This document shows positions 1 through 39,355 of a stretch of 64,000 nucleotides of DNA, piece after piece. The notes below the pieces were generated by a model. That model searched no databases, was not told the origin of the DNA, and saw nothing but the letters and a program-made list of their open reading frames with translations. The position numbers were made by a program, and so were the translations under genes. The DNA comes from the human T2T-CHM13v2.0 reference genome, Homo sapiens, in assembly GCF_009914755.1 (NCBI RefSeq), contig NC_060940.1, one strand, 5' to 3'. Each line of letters begins with the position of its first letter. Position 1 is the first letter of the stretch.

Positions 1-249
1 AACTCCTGACCTCAAGTGATCCACCCGCCTCAGCCTCCCAAAGTGCTGGGGTTACATGCGTGAGCCAGTGCAGATATGTTTTGGTCCCCAGCAGGATATG
101 TTTTGGTCCAATTTATGGAGGAGGAGGAAGGAGGAGAGTGAGGAGGAGGCGGAGAAGGAGAGAGGTCCCAAGGAGGCCTCCCATCAAGTTCCGTTCCCAA
201 GGCAATGCTTCCCTGCTGATGCTCAGCAAGCAGTGAAAGAATGCAGCAC

Positions 250-908
<659 letters not shown>

Positions 909-1150
909 AGCTGGGAGACCAGGCTCGGTGGCTCAGGTCTGTAATCCGAGCACTTTGGGAGGCCGAGGTGGGAGGATGGCTTGAGCCAAGGAGTTTGAGA
1001 CCAGCCTTGGCAACATAGAGAGACCCCACCTTTACAAAAAATTAGCAGGGTGTGGTGGAACTTGCTATAGCACCAGCTACTCAGGAGGCTGAGGTGGGAG
1101 GATTGCTTGAGCCTGCGGGGGTGAGACTGCAGTGACCTGTGATCGAGCTA

Positions 1151-1853
<703 letters not shown>

Positions 1854-2428
1854 TGAGATGGAGTTTTGCTCTTGTTGCCCCATTGGCGCAATCTCGGCTC
1901 ACCACAACCTCCGCCTCCCAGGTTCAAGCGATTCTCCTGCCTCAGCCCCCCGAGTAGCTGGGATTACAGGCATGAGCCACCATGCCCGGCTAATTTTGTA
2001 TTTTTAGTAGAGATGGGGTTTCTCCATGTTGGTCAGGCTGGTCTCTAACTCCCAACCTCAGGTGATCCGCCCGCCTTGGCCTCCCAAAGTGCTGGGATTA
2101 CAAGCATGAGCCACCGCTCCTGGCTCTAATTTTTGTATTTTTAGTAGAGATGATGTTTTGCCATATTGGCCAGGCTGGTCTCGAACTCCTGACCTCAGGT
2201 GATTCTCCCACCTCTGCCTCCCAAAGTGCTGGGATTACAGGCATGAGCTACTTTGCTTGGCCTCCCTGAGCCTTTTAAAATAGAATCAAAGGCTCTATTT
2301 CTCCAACCCTCCTTGGTCCACAAGATGAGAGTTCTTGGGAATAACCACTCCCAAGCTTTTAGGTTATTCTCACCATTGCCCTCAACTTCCTTGTAACCCC
2401 AACCTCTCCTAGAATTGCCTGCATATGA

Positions 2429-2755
<327 letters not shown>

Positions 2756-2924
2756 TGAGCCACGGTGCCTGGCCAGGAAGTGTCTATTAATAATTGATAG
2801 TCCATCTGGCTGGGAGCAGTAGCTCACGCCTGTAATCCCAGCACTTTGGGAGGCCGAGGCGGGTGAATCACCTGAGGTCGGGAGTTTGAGACTAGCCTAA
2901 CATGGAGAAACCCCGTCTCTACTA

Positions 2925-3086
<162 letters not shown>

Positions 3087-3129
3087 TCAAAAAACAAAAT
3101 AAATAAATAAAATAAAATAAAACACATTA

Positions 3130-3444
<315 letters not shown>

Positions 3445-3603
3445 TCACACCTGTAATCCCAGGACTTTGGGAGGCCGAGGTGGGTGGATCACAAGGTCAG
3501 GAGATCGAGACCATCCTGGCTAACACGGTGAAACCCCATCCCTACTAAAAATACAAAAAATTAGCCAGGCATGGTGGCAGGTGCCTGTAGTCCAAGGTAC
3601 TCA

Positions 3604-3708
<105 letters not shown>

Positions 3709-3709
3709 C

Positions 3710-3710
<1 letters not shown>

Positions 3711-3759
<49 letters not shown>
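3711..3759 (+). repeat. (TAA)n microsatellite derived from an Alu tail
   Basis: About 16 perfect units. Confidence 0.9.
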
Positions 3760-3760
<1 letters not shown>

Positions 3761-4189
3761 GGAGAGGATAAAATCTGTAAGTGGTAGGCAGCCGCCAGGC
3801 TAATGAAAACAGATATTTTTTTTCATTTTTTTAAATTCTAATTTTCACTTAAAAAGTAGAATTTTGGCCAGGCGCAGTGGCTCACGCCTGTAATCCCAGC
3901 ACTTTGGGAGGCCAAGGTGGGAAGATTACTTGAGGTCAGGAGTTGGAGACCAGCCTGGCCAAAATGGTGAAACCCTGTCTCTACTAAAAATACAGAAATT
4001 AGCCAAGTGTGGTGGCACGCACCTGTAATCTCAGCTATTTGGGAGGCTGAGGCAGGAGAATCACCTGACCCTTCTAGGAGATGGAGGTTGCAATGAGCCG
4101 AGATCTTGGCAATGAGCCGAGATGGTGCCACTGCACTCCAGCCTGGGTGACAGAGCGAGACTGTATCTCAAAAAAAAAAAAAAAAAAAA

Positions 4190-4889
<700 letters not shown>

Positions 4890-5164
4890 TCATCTTTACA
4901 AAAAATAAATAAATAAATAAACATTAGCCGGGCATGGTGGTACACACCTGTAGTCCCAGCTACTTGGGAGGCTGAGGTGGGAGGGTTACTTGAGCCTGGG
5001 AGTTCGAGGCTTCAATGAGCCCAGATTGTCACTGCACTCCAGCCTAGGCGACAGAGCAAGAACGTCTCTCAAAATAATAATAGAAAGAAAGAAAGAGAAA
5101 GCAAGCAAGCAAGAAGGAAAGAGAAACAAAACTTGCCTTTCCTTTTTTTTTTTTTTTTTTTTAC

Positions 5165-6115
<951 letters not shown>

Positions 6116-6611
6116 GCATTATTACAAGAGGGGTGCCTGGAGATAGATCCACAAGGATAGCATTTGGGGACTGGTTTGTCCATGCCCTTGGGTTTGAGCT
6201 TTGTCTGAGCTCCAAGGGAATGGGAACTGGACGTTGGTAATCTGTGATGTGCTGTGGCATCGAGTTAATCAGACTGTTGCCTACAGCTTGTCTTTATAAA
6301 GTACCAACTCCAGCGCATGCCCCGGGAGCCCAAGTGGCTGCTGTACTTGACTGTGATGTCAATAACGATGACTGTAAGGGCTGTGGCGTGGGACGGATTC
6401 TTCTCAGTGCACTGCGTCACTTCCAGAAAGAAAACCACAGGCTTGGCTAGGCATGGTGGCTCACGCCTATAATCCCAGCACTTTGGGAGGTGAAGGTGGG
6501 TGGATCACAAGGTCAGGAGAGCGAGACCATCCTGGCCAACACGGTGAAACCCTACCTCTACTAAAAAATTAGCTGGGCGTGGTGGTGCACACCTGTAGTC
6601 CCAGCTACTCA

Positions 6612-6767
<156 letters not shown>

Positions 6768-7375
6768 TTAGAAAGGGAGTAGAATACAAATCAATGTACT
6801 GTTTCTAAAATGCATGTGGGCCGGGCTGGGCACGGTGGCTCACGCCTGTAATCCCAGCATTTTGGGAGGCCAAGGTGGGCAGATCACTTGAGGTCAGGGG
6901 TTCGAGACCAGCCTGGCCAATATGGTGAAACCCAGTCTCTACTAAAAAAACAAAAATTAGCTGGGCGTGGTGGCAGGCACCTGTAATCCCAGTTACTCAG
7001 GAGGCTGAGGTGGGAAAATCACTTGAACCGTGGAGGCAGAAGTTGCAGTGAGCTGAGATCATACCACTGCACTCCAGCTGGGGCAACACAGCGAGACTTC
7101 ATCTTGGGGGAAAAAAGGCACTTAATAGAATGAAAAGATAAGCCATAAATTGGGAGAGAGTCTTTGCGATAATAAGAGTAACAAAAACAATAATAATATC
7201 TGGGTCAGGCGGAGTGGCTCATGCCTGTAATCCCAGCACTTTGGGAGGCTGAGGCAGGCAGGTCACTGGAGCCCAGGAGTTCAAGACCAGCCCGGCCAAC
7301 ATGGTGAAACTCTGCCTCTACTAAAAATACAAAAAATTAGCCAGTCCTGGTGGCAGGCGCCTGTAATTCCAGCTA

Positions 7376-7480
<105 letters not shown>

Positions 7481-7673
7481 TCAAAAAAAAATAAATAGGC
7501 TGGGCGCGGTGGCTCACACCTGTAATCCCAGCACTTTGGGAGGCCGAGGTGGGCAGATCACGAGGTCATGAGATCGAGACCATCCTGGCTAACACGGTGA
7601 AACGCTGTCTCTACTAAAAATACAAAAAAATTAGCTGGGTGTGGTGGCGGGTGCCTGTAGTCCCAGCTACTCA

Positions 7674-10826
<3,153 letters not shown>

Positions 10827-10850
10827 CTCTAGAAAATGCAAATCAGGTCA

Positions 10851-11178
<328 letters not shown>

Positions 11179-11421
11179 TCAGTGGTTTCTTGGGTATGAG
11201 GGGTCAGAGAGAGGCAGGTGGGAGAGATTACAGTCACAAGGAGACTTCTGCGTGATGCATACCTTCGCTATCATGATTGTGGTAATGACTTCACGGCTAT
11301 AGATATAAAATATATGTCAAAACATCAAATTCTGGCTGGACACAGTGGCTTATGCCTGTAATCCCAGCACTTTGGGAGGCTGTGGCAGGAAGATTTGCTT
11401 GAGGCCAGGTGTTTGAGACTA

Positions 11422-12020
<599 letters not shown>

Positions 12021-13393
12021 TTAGACCTAAGTCAGCATAGATCCAGAGTCACTTAATTGGAGAGAAGTTTGGTTCTCCCTGAGAGAGGAACATGCCCTGT
12101 TTACTAGAGTGTGCATCAGGGAGAAGAAAATACCCAACCTTTTGAGGATTCCTAGACATTGGCTCTGAATTAACGCCAAGTCCTGAGGATCCAAAATGCC
12201 ACTGTGGCTCATCACTAAAAGTAGGGGCTTAAAGATAGATGGTCAGGTGCTAGATGGAGTCTTAGCTCAGCCCCAGCTCACAGAGGGCTCCGTTGATCTA
12301 TGGTCCCACCCTGTGGTTATTTCCAAATTCCTGAGAGTATAATAGGAATAGCCATCTATGGCAACTGACAAATCTCCACACTGGCTCTCCCACCCATGGA
12401 GTGAGAGAATCATGGTGGAAAGGGCTAAGGGAAAGTCCCTGTAACTTCCACTTCCTGTCAAGACAGTTAACCAGAGGGCTGGGCGCAGTGGCTTACACCT
12501 GTAATCCCAGCACTTTGGGAGGCCAAGGCAGGCGGATCACGAGGTCAGGAGATTGAGACCATCCTGGCTAACACGGTGAAACCCCATCTCTACTACAAAT
12601 ACAAAAAATTAGCCAGGTGTGATGGCGGGCACCTGTAGTCCTAGCTACTCAAGAGGCTGAGGCAGGAGAATGGCGTGAACCCAGGAGGCAGAGGTTGCAG
12701 TGAGCCAAGATCATCCTACTGCACTCCAGCCTGGGCAACAGAGGGAGACTCTGTCTCAAAGAAAAAAAATTTTAAAAAGACAGTTAACCAGAAGCATTAT
12801 CACATCCCTGGAGAGTCGCAGAGACTAGTGCCACCCTCAAAGACTTGCAAGGGGCCAGGTGGGGTGGCTCAGGCCTGTAATCCTAGCATTTTGGGAGGCC
12901 GAGGCGGGTGGATCACCTGACGTCAGGAGTTCGAGACCAACCTGGGCAACATGGTGAAACCCTATCTCTACTAAAAGTACAAAAATTAGCCGAGTGTGGT
13001 GGCAGGTGCCTGTAATCCTGGCTACTCAGGATGCTGAGGCAGAAGAATCGCTTGAACCTGGGAGGCAGAGGCTTCTGAGCTGAGATCATACCACTGTACT
13101 CCAGCCTAGGCAAAAGAGCGAAACTGTGTCAAAAAAAAAAGACTTGAATGGGCAGGCGTTTGGCATATGCTGGTTGGATGGATCTTAGAGAATGACTGTG
13201 GACTATGGGAAACTCATTTAGATGGTGACTCCAATTGCAGCTGCTGCCTCACATGTGGTATCTTTAGACAGCAGAAGAAATCAACATGACCCCTAGTGTG
13301 GTGCAATGATGTATTAAAGACTCAGTTAAGGCAAGATGTGGTGGCTTACACCTGTAATCCCAGCACTTTGGGAGGCCAAATCACTTGAGGTCA

Positions 13394-13594
<201 letters not shown>

Positions 13595-13897
13595 CTATCT
13601 CAAAAAAATAAAGACTCAGTTAAGGCACCACTTGAGAGACCACACCCCAGAAAGAATGGTTTGGGTTTTTTACCCCGCACAGAGGCTGGGATTCTTTTTT
13701 ATAGCATGCACACTACTATCTTTTTTTTTTTTTTTGAGACAGAGTCTCACTCCTGTTGCCCAGTCTAGAGCGCAATGGGGTGATCTCAGCCCACTGCAAC
13801 CTCCACCTCCTTGGTTCAAGAGATACTGCTGCCTCAGCCTCCTGAGTAGCTAGGATTACAGGCATGCGCCACCACGCCTGGCTAATTTTGTATTTTA

Positions 13898-14356
<459 letters not shown>

Positions 14357-14872
14357 TGACCTCATGATCCGCCCGCCTTGGCCTCCCAAAGTGCTGGGAT
14401 TATAGGCGTGAGCCACTGTGCCTGGCCGTTTGTTTTTTTTTTTTTTTTTTTTGAGACAAACTCTCACTCTGTCGCCCAGGCTGGAGTGTCATAGCTCACT
14501 GCAATCTCCGCCTTCCGGATTCAAGCGATTCTTGTGCCTCAGCCTCCCAAGTAGCTGACCGCCACGCCTAGCTAATTTTTTTTTTTTTTTTTTTTTGATG
14601 TTGTCTCGCTCTGTCGCCAGGATGGAATGCAGTGGCGCCATCTTGGCTCACTGCAGTCTGCCTCCCGGGTTCAAGCGATTCTCGTGCCTCAGCCTCCCGA
14701 GTAGCTGGGTTTACAGGCACGTACCACCACACCCAGCTAATTTTTTTTTTTGTACTTTTATGGGGTTTCACCAGGTTGGCCAGGATGGTCTTGATCTCCT
14801 GACCTCGTGATCCACCCATCTCGGCCTCCCAAAGTGCTGGGATTACAGGCGTGAGCCACTGTGCCCAGCTGA

Positions 14873-15007
<135 letters not shown>

Positions 15008-15161
15008 TAGCTGGGATTACAGGCATGCGCCACCACGCCAGGCTAATTTTTGTATTTTTAGTACAGAGAGGATTTCACCATGTTGGTTAGGCTGGTCTTG
15101 AACCCCTGACCTCGTGATCCAACCTCCTTGGCCTCCCAAAGTGTTGGGATTACAGGCATGA

Positions 15162-15254
<93 letters not shown>

Positions 15255-16098
15255 TAGTAATCTGACTGTCTCAGCCTCCCATAGTGCTGGGATTACAGGT
15301 GTGAGCCACCACACCTGATCAAAAAATTGTTTGTTAAAGACAAAGTCTTATTCTGTCACCCAGCCTGGAGTACAGTGGTGCAATTATGGCTCACTGCAGC
15401 CTTGAACTTCTGGGCTTGAGCAATCCTCCTGCCTCAGCCTCCCAAGTAGCTAGGACTACAGGTGCGTGCCACCACACCTGGCTAATTTTTGTATTTCTTT
15501 TTGTTTGGTGGGGGCGTGGACAGGTTCTGGCCATGTTGCCCAGGCTGTTGTCAAACTCCTGCCCTCAAACCATCCTCCCACCTCGCCCAGTCTCACTATT
15601 CTACCAAATAACCCACTTGCAGATTTTTTGTTTCCTGTCTTGGTAAGTTTGAGCTCTGCTGACTTGGAAGACTTAGTCCTCAAGGGAGGAATTCTTCCAT
15701 CAGGGACACAACAATGATACCATTGAATTGGAAAATGAGACTGCCACCTGGTCATGTTGGACTTTTTAGGCCACTGAACCAACCGCAGAAAATGGGGTTA
15801 CTCTACTGGCTGGAGTTATTGATCCTTATGACCAGGAGGAAACTGGGTTGCTGCCACACCATGGGGGTAAGGATGGTGTGTCTGAATCCCGGGTTTCTCT
15901 GGAGTGCCTCTTACTATTTCTATGCCCAATAATACACGTTACTGAAAAACTGTGGTAACTAAAAGAAGGCAGGACAATGCGGACCCTTTAGGAATGAAGC
16001 TTTGCCTCATCCTACCAGGTAAAAAGCCCAATTATCGGAGCCCAAGGATTTTTGGATACTTATAGAAGGGAACATAGTTACCAATTATGGGCTCATGA

Positions 16099-16387
<289 letters not shown>

Positions 16388-16498
16388 TGATCCGCCCGTC
16401 TTGGCCTCCCAAAGTCCTGAGATTACAGGCGTGAGCCACCGCACCTGGCCCCTTTTTGCATAATATATTCATGTCTTTATTTGTACATGCTAGCCATC

Positions 16499-17275
<777 letters not shown>

Positions 17276-18370
17276 CTTTCTTTTTTTTCTCTCCTCGTTT
17301 TTATTTTTTATACAAGTTATTGGAGGTTAGCTCTACAATTCGGCCTTTAGGTAGCAGAACATTCAAGACTATGACTTAATTTGAGGAGTAATTAAAATAG
17401 CCAGCAACTGGTGCAATGATCATTATGACAGTGAGTCTCATTTTGGAGAAACAGTGAGAACTTTCCTTGTATGAAAGATAACTATCTCTTTTTTTAGTTT
17501 TTTATTTTTATTTTTTGTGGGAACGTAGTAAGTGTATATATTTACAAGGTACATGAGGTATTTTGATACAGGCACACAATGCATAATAATCACATCAGGG
17601 TAAATGTGGTATCCAGCACCTCCTACGTTTATCCTTTGTGTTACAAAGAATCAAATTAAACTATTTTAGTTTAGGGTTTTTTGTTTGTTTGTTTGTTTGT
17701 TTTTTGAGACAGAGTTTCACTTTTGTCACCCAGTCTGGGGTGCAATGGCGCGATCTCGGTTCACTGCAATTTCTGCCTCTGGGTTCAAGCGATTCTCCTG
17801 CGTCAGGCTCCCAAGTAGCTGGGATTAAAGGCATGCACCACCACACCCAACTAATTTTGTATTTTTAGTAGAGATTTCTCCATGTTGGTTAGGCTGGTCT
17901 CAAACTCCCAACCTCAGGTGATGTGCCCACCTCAGCCTCCCAAAGTGCTGGGGTTACAGGCGTGAGCCACCATGATCAGCCTTTTTTTTTTTTTTTTGAG
18001 ATGGAGTCTCACTCTGTCGCCCAGGCTGGAGTGCAGTGGTGAGATCCTGGCTCACGGCAACCTCTGCCTTCCAGGTTTTTTTGTTTGTTTGTTTGTTTGT
18101 TTGTTTTGAGACAGTCTTTCTCTGTTGCCCGGGCTGGAGGGCAATGGTGCAATCTCGGCTCACTGCAACCTCCACCTTGCGTGTTCAAGCGATTCTCCTG
18201 CCTCAGCCTCCTGAGTAGATGGGATTACAGTCGTGCACCACCATGCCTGGCTAATTTTTGTATTTTAAGTAGAGACGGGGGTTTCACCATGTTGGTCAGG
18301 CTGGTCTCGAACTCCTGACCTCATGATCCACCTGCCTTGGCCTCCCAAAGTGCTGGGATTACAGGCGTGA

Positions 18371-18619
<249 letters not shown>

Positions 18620-18704
18620 TAAATGTACAATAAATTATTGTTGACTGTAGTCACCCTGTTGTGCTATCAAGTAATTTTTTTAATCCTTTTCTTTTTTTTT
18701 TTGA

Positions 18705-19052
<348 letters not shown>

Positions 19053-19514
19053 TGAAAACTTTTGAAGCTTGTCTCTGTGCCCACCTTATTTCACTTAGCA
19101 TCATGACCTCGAGTTCCATTCATGTTGTCACATATGACAGGATCTCATTCTTTTTTATGGCTGAATAGTACTCCATTATATATATGTACCACATTTTCTT
19201 TATCCATTCATCTGTTTGTTGGGGTTTTTTTCTGTTTTTGTTTTGAGATGGAGTCTCCACCTGTCGCACAGGCTGGAGTGCAGTGGCATGATCTCGGCTC
19301 ACTGCAACCTCTGTCCACCTCCCAGGGTCAAGCGATTCTCCTGCCTCAGCCTCCCGAGTAGCTGGGATTACAGGCGCCTGCCACCAGGCCCGGCTAATTT
19401 TTGTATTTTTAGTAGAGATGGAGTTTCACCATGTTGGCCAGGCTGGTCTCGAACTCCTTACCTCAAGTGATCTGCCTGCCTCAGCCTCCCAAAGTGCTGG
19501 GATTACAGGCATGA

Positions 19515-19712
<198 letters not shown>

Positions 19713-19771
19713 TAGTAGCGATGGGTTTTCACCATGTTAGCCAGGATGGTCTCGATATCCTGACCTCGTGA

Positions 19772-20203
<432 letters not shown>

Positions 20204-20301
20204 TGAAACAATTTCAAATGTACAGAGATGTTAAAAGGCTAGCGTTTCCAGGAAAGTCTAGAACGTCAGGATAACATTTACCCAGATTCACCAGTTGTTA
20301 A

Positions 20302-20718
<417 letters not shown>

Positions 20719-20897
20719 TGAGAGTAGGTTGCATCTATCACACTCTGTTGCCCCATCATACTTCTTTATATATTTACTAAGAATATACCCTGGGCTGGGC
20801 TTGGTGGCTCACGCCTGTAATCCCAGCACTTTGGGAGGCCAAGGTGGGCAGATCACTTGAGGTCAGGAGTTCAAGACCAGCCTGGCTAATGTGGTGA

Positions 20898-20993
<96 letters not shown>

Positions 20994-21049
20994 TGAGGTC
21001 AGGAGTTCAAGACCAGCCTGACTAACATGGAGAAACCCCCTCTCTACTA

Positions 21050-21554
<505 letters not shown>

Positions 21555-21909
21555 TCAACAACCACAAAAAAGAATACATCCTTCCATATCTCCAGTAGAG
21601 TCATAACACATTCAGGAAATTTATCATGGATGCAATACTTTGTAGTCTATATTCCAAATTTATCAATTTTCCCCATACTGTCTGTTTTGTTTTTATTTTG
21701 AGATAGGGTCTCGCTCTGTCGCTCAGGCTGGAGTGCAGTGGCGAGATCACGGCTCACTGCAGCCAGGACCTCCTGAGCTCAAGCAATCCTCATTTTCCCC
21801 CATCCCCCCATCACAGGTAATCAATTTGATGAGTTTCTGGTTTATACTTTGTTTTTCTTGGCAAAAAACCTGCAGATACATTTATGTCTTCATATTTCCC
21901 CTTCTTCCT

Positions 21910-22290
<381 letters not shown>

Positions 22291-22328
22291 TAATTTTTAA
22301 ATTGCACACGATAAGACAACATTCCCAT

Positions 22329-23025
22329 TGTTGGGGCAGGAGTGCTGCCCCAACCCCACCACCAGGAATGTTAGGCAACCATCAGGTGATGGTCAGGTGG
22401 TTGTTAAACTTGTCTCTAAAATAGTAATTGGTTGCAGCCAGCACCAGGGAAAGGCAGTCTCCAAATAGATGGAAAACACTTGAAACTGATGATCAGCAGC
22501 TTCTCGATAAGATCTCAGAAGTTGGGTAAATGGGCTCAAGCTTATGCACCAAGAGGCAAAATGGCGGAGTTTAATGGTACATGCCCTTCCTCCAGGAATG
22601 CTAGATCTGTAAGGGAAGAACGCCTTAAGTGAGCATGTGCACTTCAGTATACTGAACACACTGTGCTTGTGGCCCCTCCAAGTGCTGGCAGGCCACCGTG
22701 CATGTGGACAGCCCATGCCAAGGTAGGAATCAGGGGAGAAGAGATGCAAACCGTAAATCCCTGGAAGCATGCCAGCATATGAAACCCCAAGTCAAAGGTC
22801 AAACCAGGGACTTGAATCTGTCAAGTCATTCACGCCTGGCCCTCTTCCAAGTGTACTTTACTTCCTTTCATTCCTGCTCTAAAACTTTTTAATAAACGTT
22901 CACTCCTGCTCTAAAACTTGCCTCTGTCTCTCCCTCTGCCTTATGCCCCTTGGTGGAATTCTTTCTTCTGAGGAGGCAAGAATTGAGGTTGCTGTAGACC
23001 CCATGCAAATTAGCTGCCACTAGCA
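22329..23025 (+). mobile_element. Solo ERV1-class LTR (MER50-like)
   Basis: TG...CA ends, about 700 bp, AATAAA at about 22891 followed by ttcactcctgctctaaaacttgcctc and gaggaggcaagaattgaggttgctg. Confidence 0.7.
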
Positions 23026-23389
23026 AGGGCAAGGCAAGCTATGGAGAAAGAAGTTTCATGGGGCTAAAACTCAGAATTTGAGTGTGGAGCAGGATGGGGT
23101 AGATGGAAGGGGGTTAGAGTGCTCAGTGCTCACAATCTGTCAATGAGGGTAGAGAGGTGGCATGGCATCAGGTGGTCCAGGTAATGCCAGGAAAAAGCTG
23201 GACTGTGTTTGTTAGGGAACCCAGGAGACATGATGACCTTTAAAACACCATTTGGGCTGGGCGTGGTGGCTCATGCCTGTAATCCCAGCACTTTCGGAGG
23301 TCGAGGCGGGTGGATCACCTGAGGTCGGGAGTTCAAGATCAGCCTGACCAACATGGAGAAACCCCGTCTCCACTAAAAATACAAAATTA

Positions 23390-23569
<180 letters not shown>

Positions 23570-23957
23570 TCACCTTACAGATATTTCATTGAGTGCCTGC
23601 AGTGTGCTAGAGTACTGCAGAGCAAGAAATAAGTCAAGATCCTAATCCTTAGGGAGCTGACATTAGCAGGAAGACAGAATTAAAGGAGCTGTTAGAATAC
23701 AGTGGGATAAATTGCTCGGCGAGCACACAGGAGGGGAAACTAGCACATCTGAAGGCAGGAGCGAGGCAGGGCGAAGGACTATTACCCAAAAAGTAAGGCA
23801 GTGTTGTAGCTAGGTGTGCATGTGTTTGGTGCAGGGGCTGGGAAGAGTTCCAATGCTAACATTTAGAGCGAAGAGATTGAGACATTGAGAGTTTCGCTGG
23901 GATTAAGACCACATGGACTTAACAGCTCCACTCCATTCTCCACGTTGCAAAGAGTAA

Positions 23958-24122
<165 letters not shown>

Positions 24123-25518
24123 TAGCTGGGATTACAGGCATGCACCACCACGCCTAGCTAATTTTTGCATTTTTAGTAGAGACAGGGTTTCACCATGTTG
24201 GCCAGGCTGATCTCAAACTCCTGACCTCAAACCTCCCAAAGTACTGGGATTACAGACCATGCCCAGCCTCTTTTCACTTTCTTAAATAAGCTCCCCACTG
24301 CTTTGAGGATAATGTCCGTGTCTCTTACAAGACTTGGGAGCCTTTAAAACCTGATCCCAGGTTAGCTACCTCTTCCCCCCTTTAATTTTATGCTTAGGAC
24401 AAGCTGAGTTTTTCTTAGTTTGTCATATCCTATTTCCCTGCCTAGAAACCCATCTCCCCCTGCCCTCTTATCAGTTTTTTTTTATAATTTAAATTTTTTT
24501 TTTTTGTAGAGACAAAGTCTCACTTTGTTGCCTAGGCTGGTCTCAAACTCCTGGCCTTAAAAGATCCTTCTGCCTCGGACTCCCAAAATGTTAGGATTAC
24601 AGGTATGAGCCACTGCGCCCGGCCCTCCTGTCCCTTATCTGGGTCTCCCAAAACTGGATTAAGATTAGGTGTCACTCCCATTTGCTCTTGTAGTCCTCTG
24701 TGCTTCACCTACTAGATCTCGTCAAATTCTCTGAATTCACCACTAGCATGAACTCCTCCAGAGCAGGAAGCAGTTTAATTATCCTTGTGTCCAAAACAAC
24801 TAACTGAATACTCCAATGCCCAACTCATTTTGAATGAATGAAGCTGCCTTCATTGCAGGGTCGGGTGGAGGATTTTGAACTCGGAACTTTGGCCTTCAGT
24901 CTTTGTTATTACAGTTTAAAGATTCATTCTCGGGCATGGAGGAACAATTTAGGTCAAAATCACAAAAATCTGAAATAATTTAGGACGAGGCGTAAATTTA
25001 TCTGCAAAGATCAACACGCTCAAACGAATCACTAATGCTCATCAGTCTTTTACTTAAAGCAAACAAGGTGGAGGGTAGCTCCTTGCGAAACCTACCACCT
25101 GCCTAAAAGCGCAGTGGCTCGGGTGGTCCAGTCCCGGAGACTTTCTTGGCACTTAAGGCTCTGCCCACGGGCCGCCAAGTGGCGGAAGAGCCTCACGCAC
25201 GACGTGCCGCCTCACACTCCCGCGGAGGCATCGCGACGCAGCGACGGCGTGGGCGGAGAGGCCGGCCCTTCCTCTGGCGCCTTCGGCTCCTCCCCCTGCG
25301 CCTCACACGCTCATTGTGAAGCGACAGCGGCCGCCGGCTTCTAAGGCGGTTTGAGACCTTAAGACCCTAAATCCTTGGCGCGCGTGAGCGCCCGCGCCGC
25401 TCCTTACCCACTCCCAGGGCTAGGGGTGCGAGGTTCACCGACTTGATTCTCTCCCACTTTCCCGCCGGGAGCTAACCGCGCCGGTGTGCGCGGCACCTCG
25501 CGCCACTGCTCGCTCCTG

Positions 25519-25538
25519 CCCCCCCCCCCCCCCCCCCC
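25519..25538 (+). repeat. C20 homopolymer in the ATXN2L promoter/5' leader
   Basis: 20 consecutive C. Confidence 0.9.
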
Positions 25539-25838
25539 GGGAGCTCCCACCCGCGCGCTCCTCCCTCTCCGCTCCCCGGCGACGCGCACGCGCGCCAGCC
25601 CGGCTCGCGCCCTCTCGCTTTCCTCCAGCCGCGAGACCCCCTCCCCTTCCGCCTCGCGGCGCTTCCTCGCGCCGCGGTCTTCTCTCTCCACCCCCGACAC
25701 CGCGGGGCTCCCCCCGCCCGCCCACGGCGGGCCCCGGCTGCCCGATCCCCCTCGCTTCCCGCGCTCTCCAGCGGGGCCCCAGCCCCGGCCCCCTCTCTCC
25801 CTCCCTTCTCTCTAATTCCCCTTCCGGACGCTGCCATC

Positions 25839-38843
<13,005 letters not shown>

Positions 38844-38903
38844 GGGGTCTTGGAGGCAGGGCTGTCCCACAGGGCGCCCGCCGACCTGCACCTGTCTGTG
38901 AAG

Positions 38904-39058
38904 TATGTAGGGTGGGCAGAAGCCACAGTCGCCGCCGCCAGGGGCTTGCTCCTGGCTCTGTCCTTTGCTTCCCTCCGTCCTCGCTCAGTTGTGATCCAGC
39001 AGCCCCCCTCCCCACTGCCTCCCCAGCTCTCAGTGACCCCGACTGTCTCCTGACTTAG
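38904..39058 (+). CDS. ATXN2L: ATXN2L alternative C-terminal segment (CRVGRSHSRRRQG...DPDCLLT*)
   Basis: Acceptor tgtgaag| is phase-compatible with both exon-22 internal donors; gives 1097 aa with the 38754 donor. Confidence 0.65.
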
Positions 39059-39305
39059 CCGAGGTAAGGTCAGTGCAGCAGACAGGGCCAGACTGGGGTG
39101 TGGGGGGCTGAGCTGGGCACATGAGTGAGGGCTCTGGCTTACTGGGAAACAGCGATTGACCTGTGCTTCTGACAGCCCCCGAGACACCTTGAGGAGGCCG
39201 CTCCTTCCCAGACACACCCCCACGCCCCCACTGGACGGCATTGGAGGAAGGGACAGCTGCTTGGGTTCTAATGCTCCTGCTCTCTTCTCTTTCCCCTCCA
39301 ACCAG

Positions 39306-39355
39306 TTCAATCTCATCCCTCCCAGCAGCTCCCCTTCCACCCCCCGGGGAACTGA
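39306..39355 (+). CDS. ATXN2L: ATXN2L alternative terminal exon (QSHPSQQLPFHPPGN*)
   Basis: Strong pyrimidine tract plus ccag|; phase 1; gives 1044 or 1062 aa proteins. Confidence 0.85.

Noticed and set aside
25476-25838. Open in-frame region upstream of the ATXN2L ATG (possible N-terminal extension as in ATXN2)
   Set aside because: No ATG; the in-frame CTG at 25506 has weak context, lies before the slippery C20 and is probably at or upstream of the TSS; openness is expected from GC content
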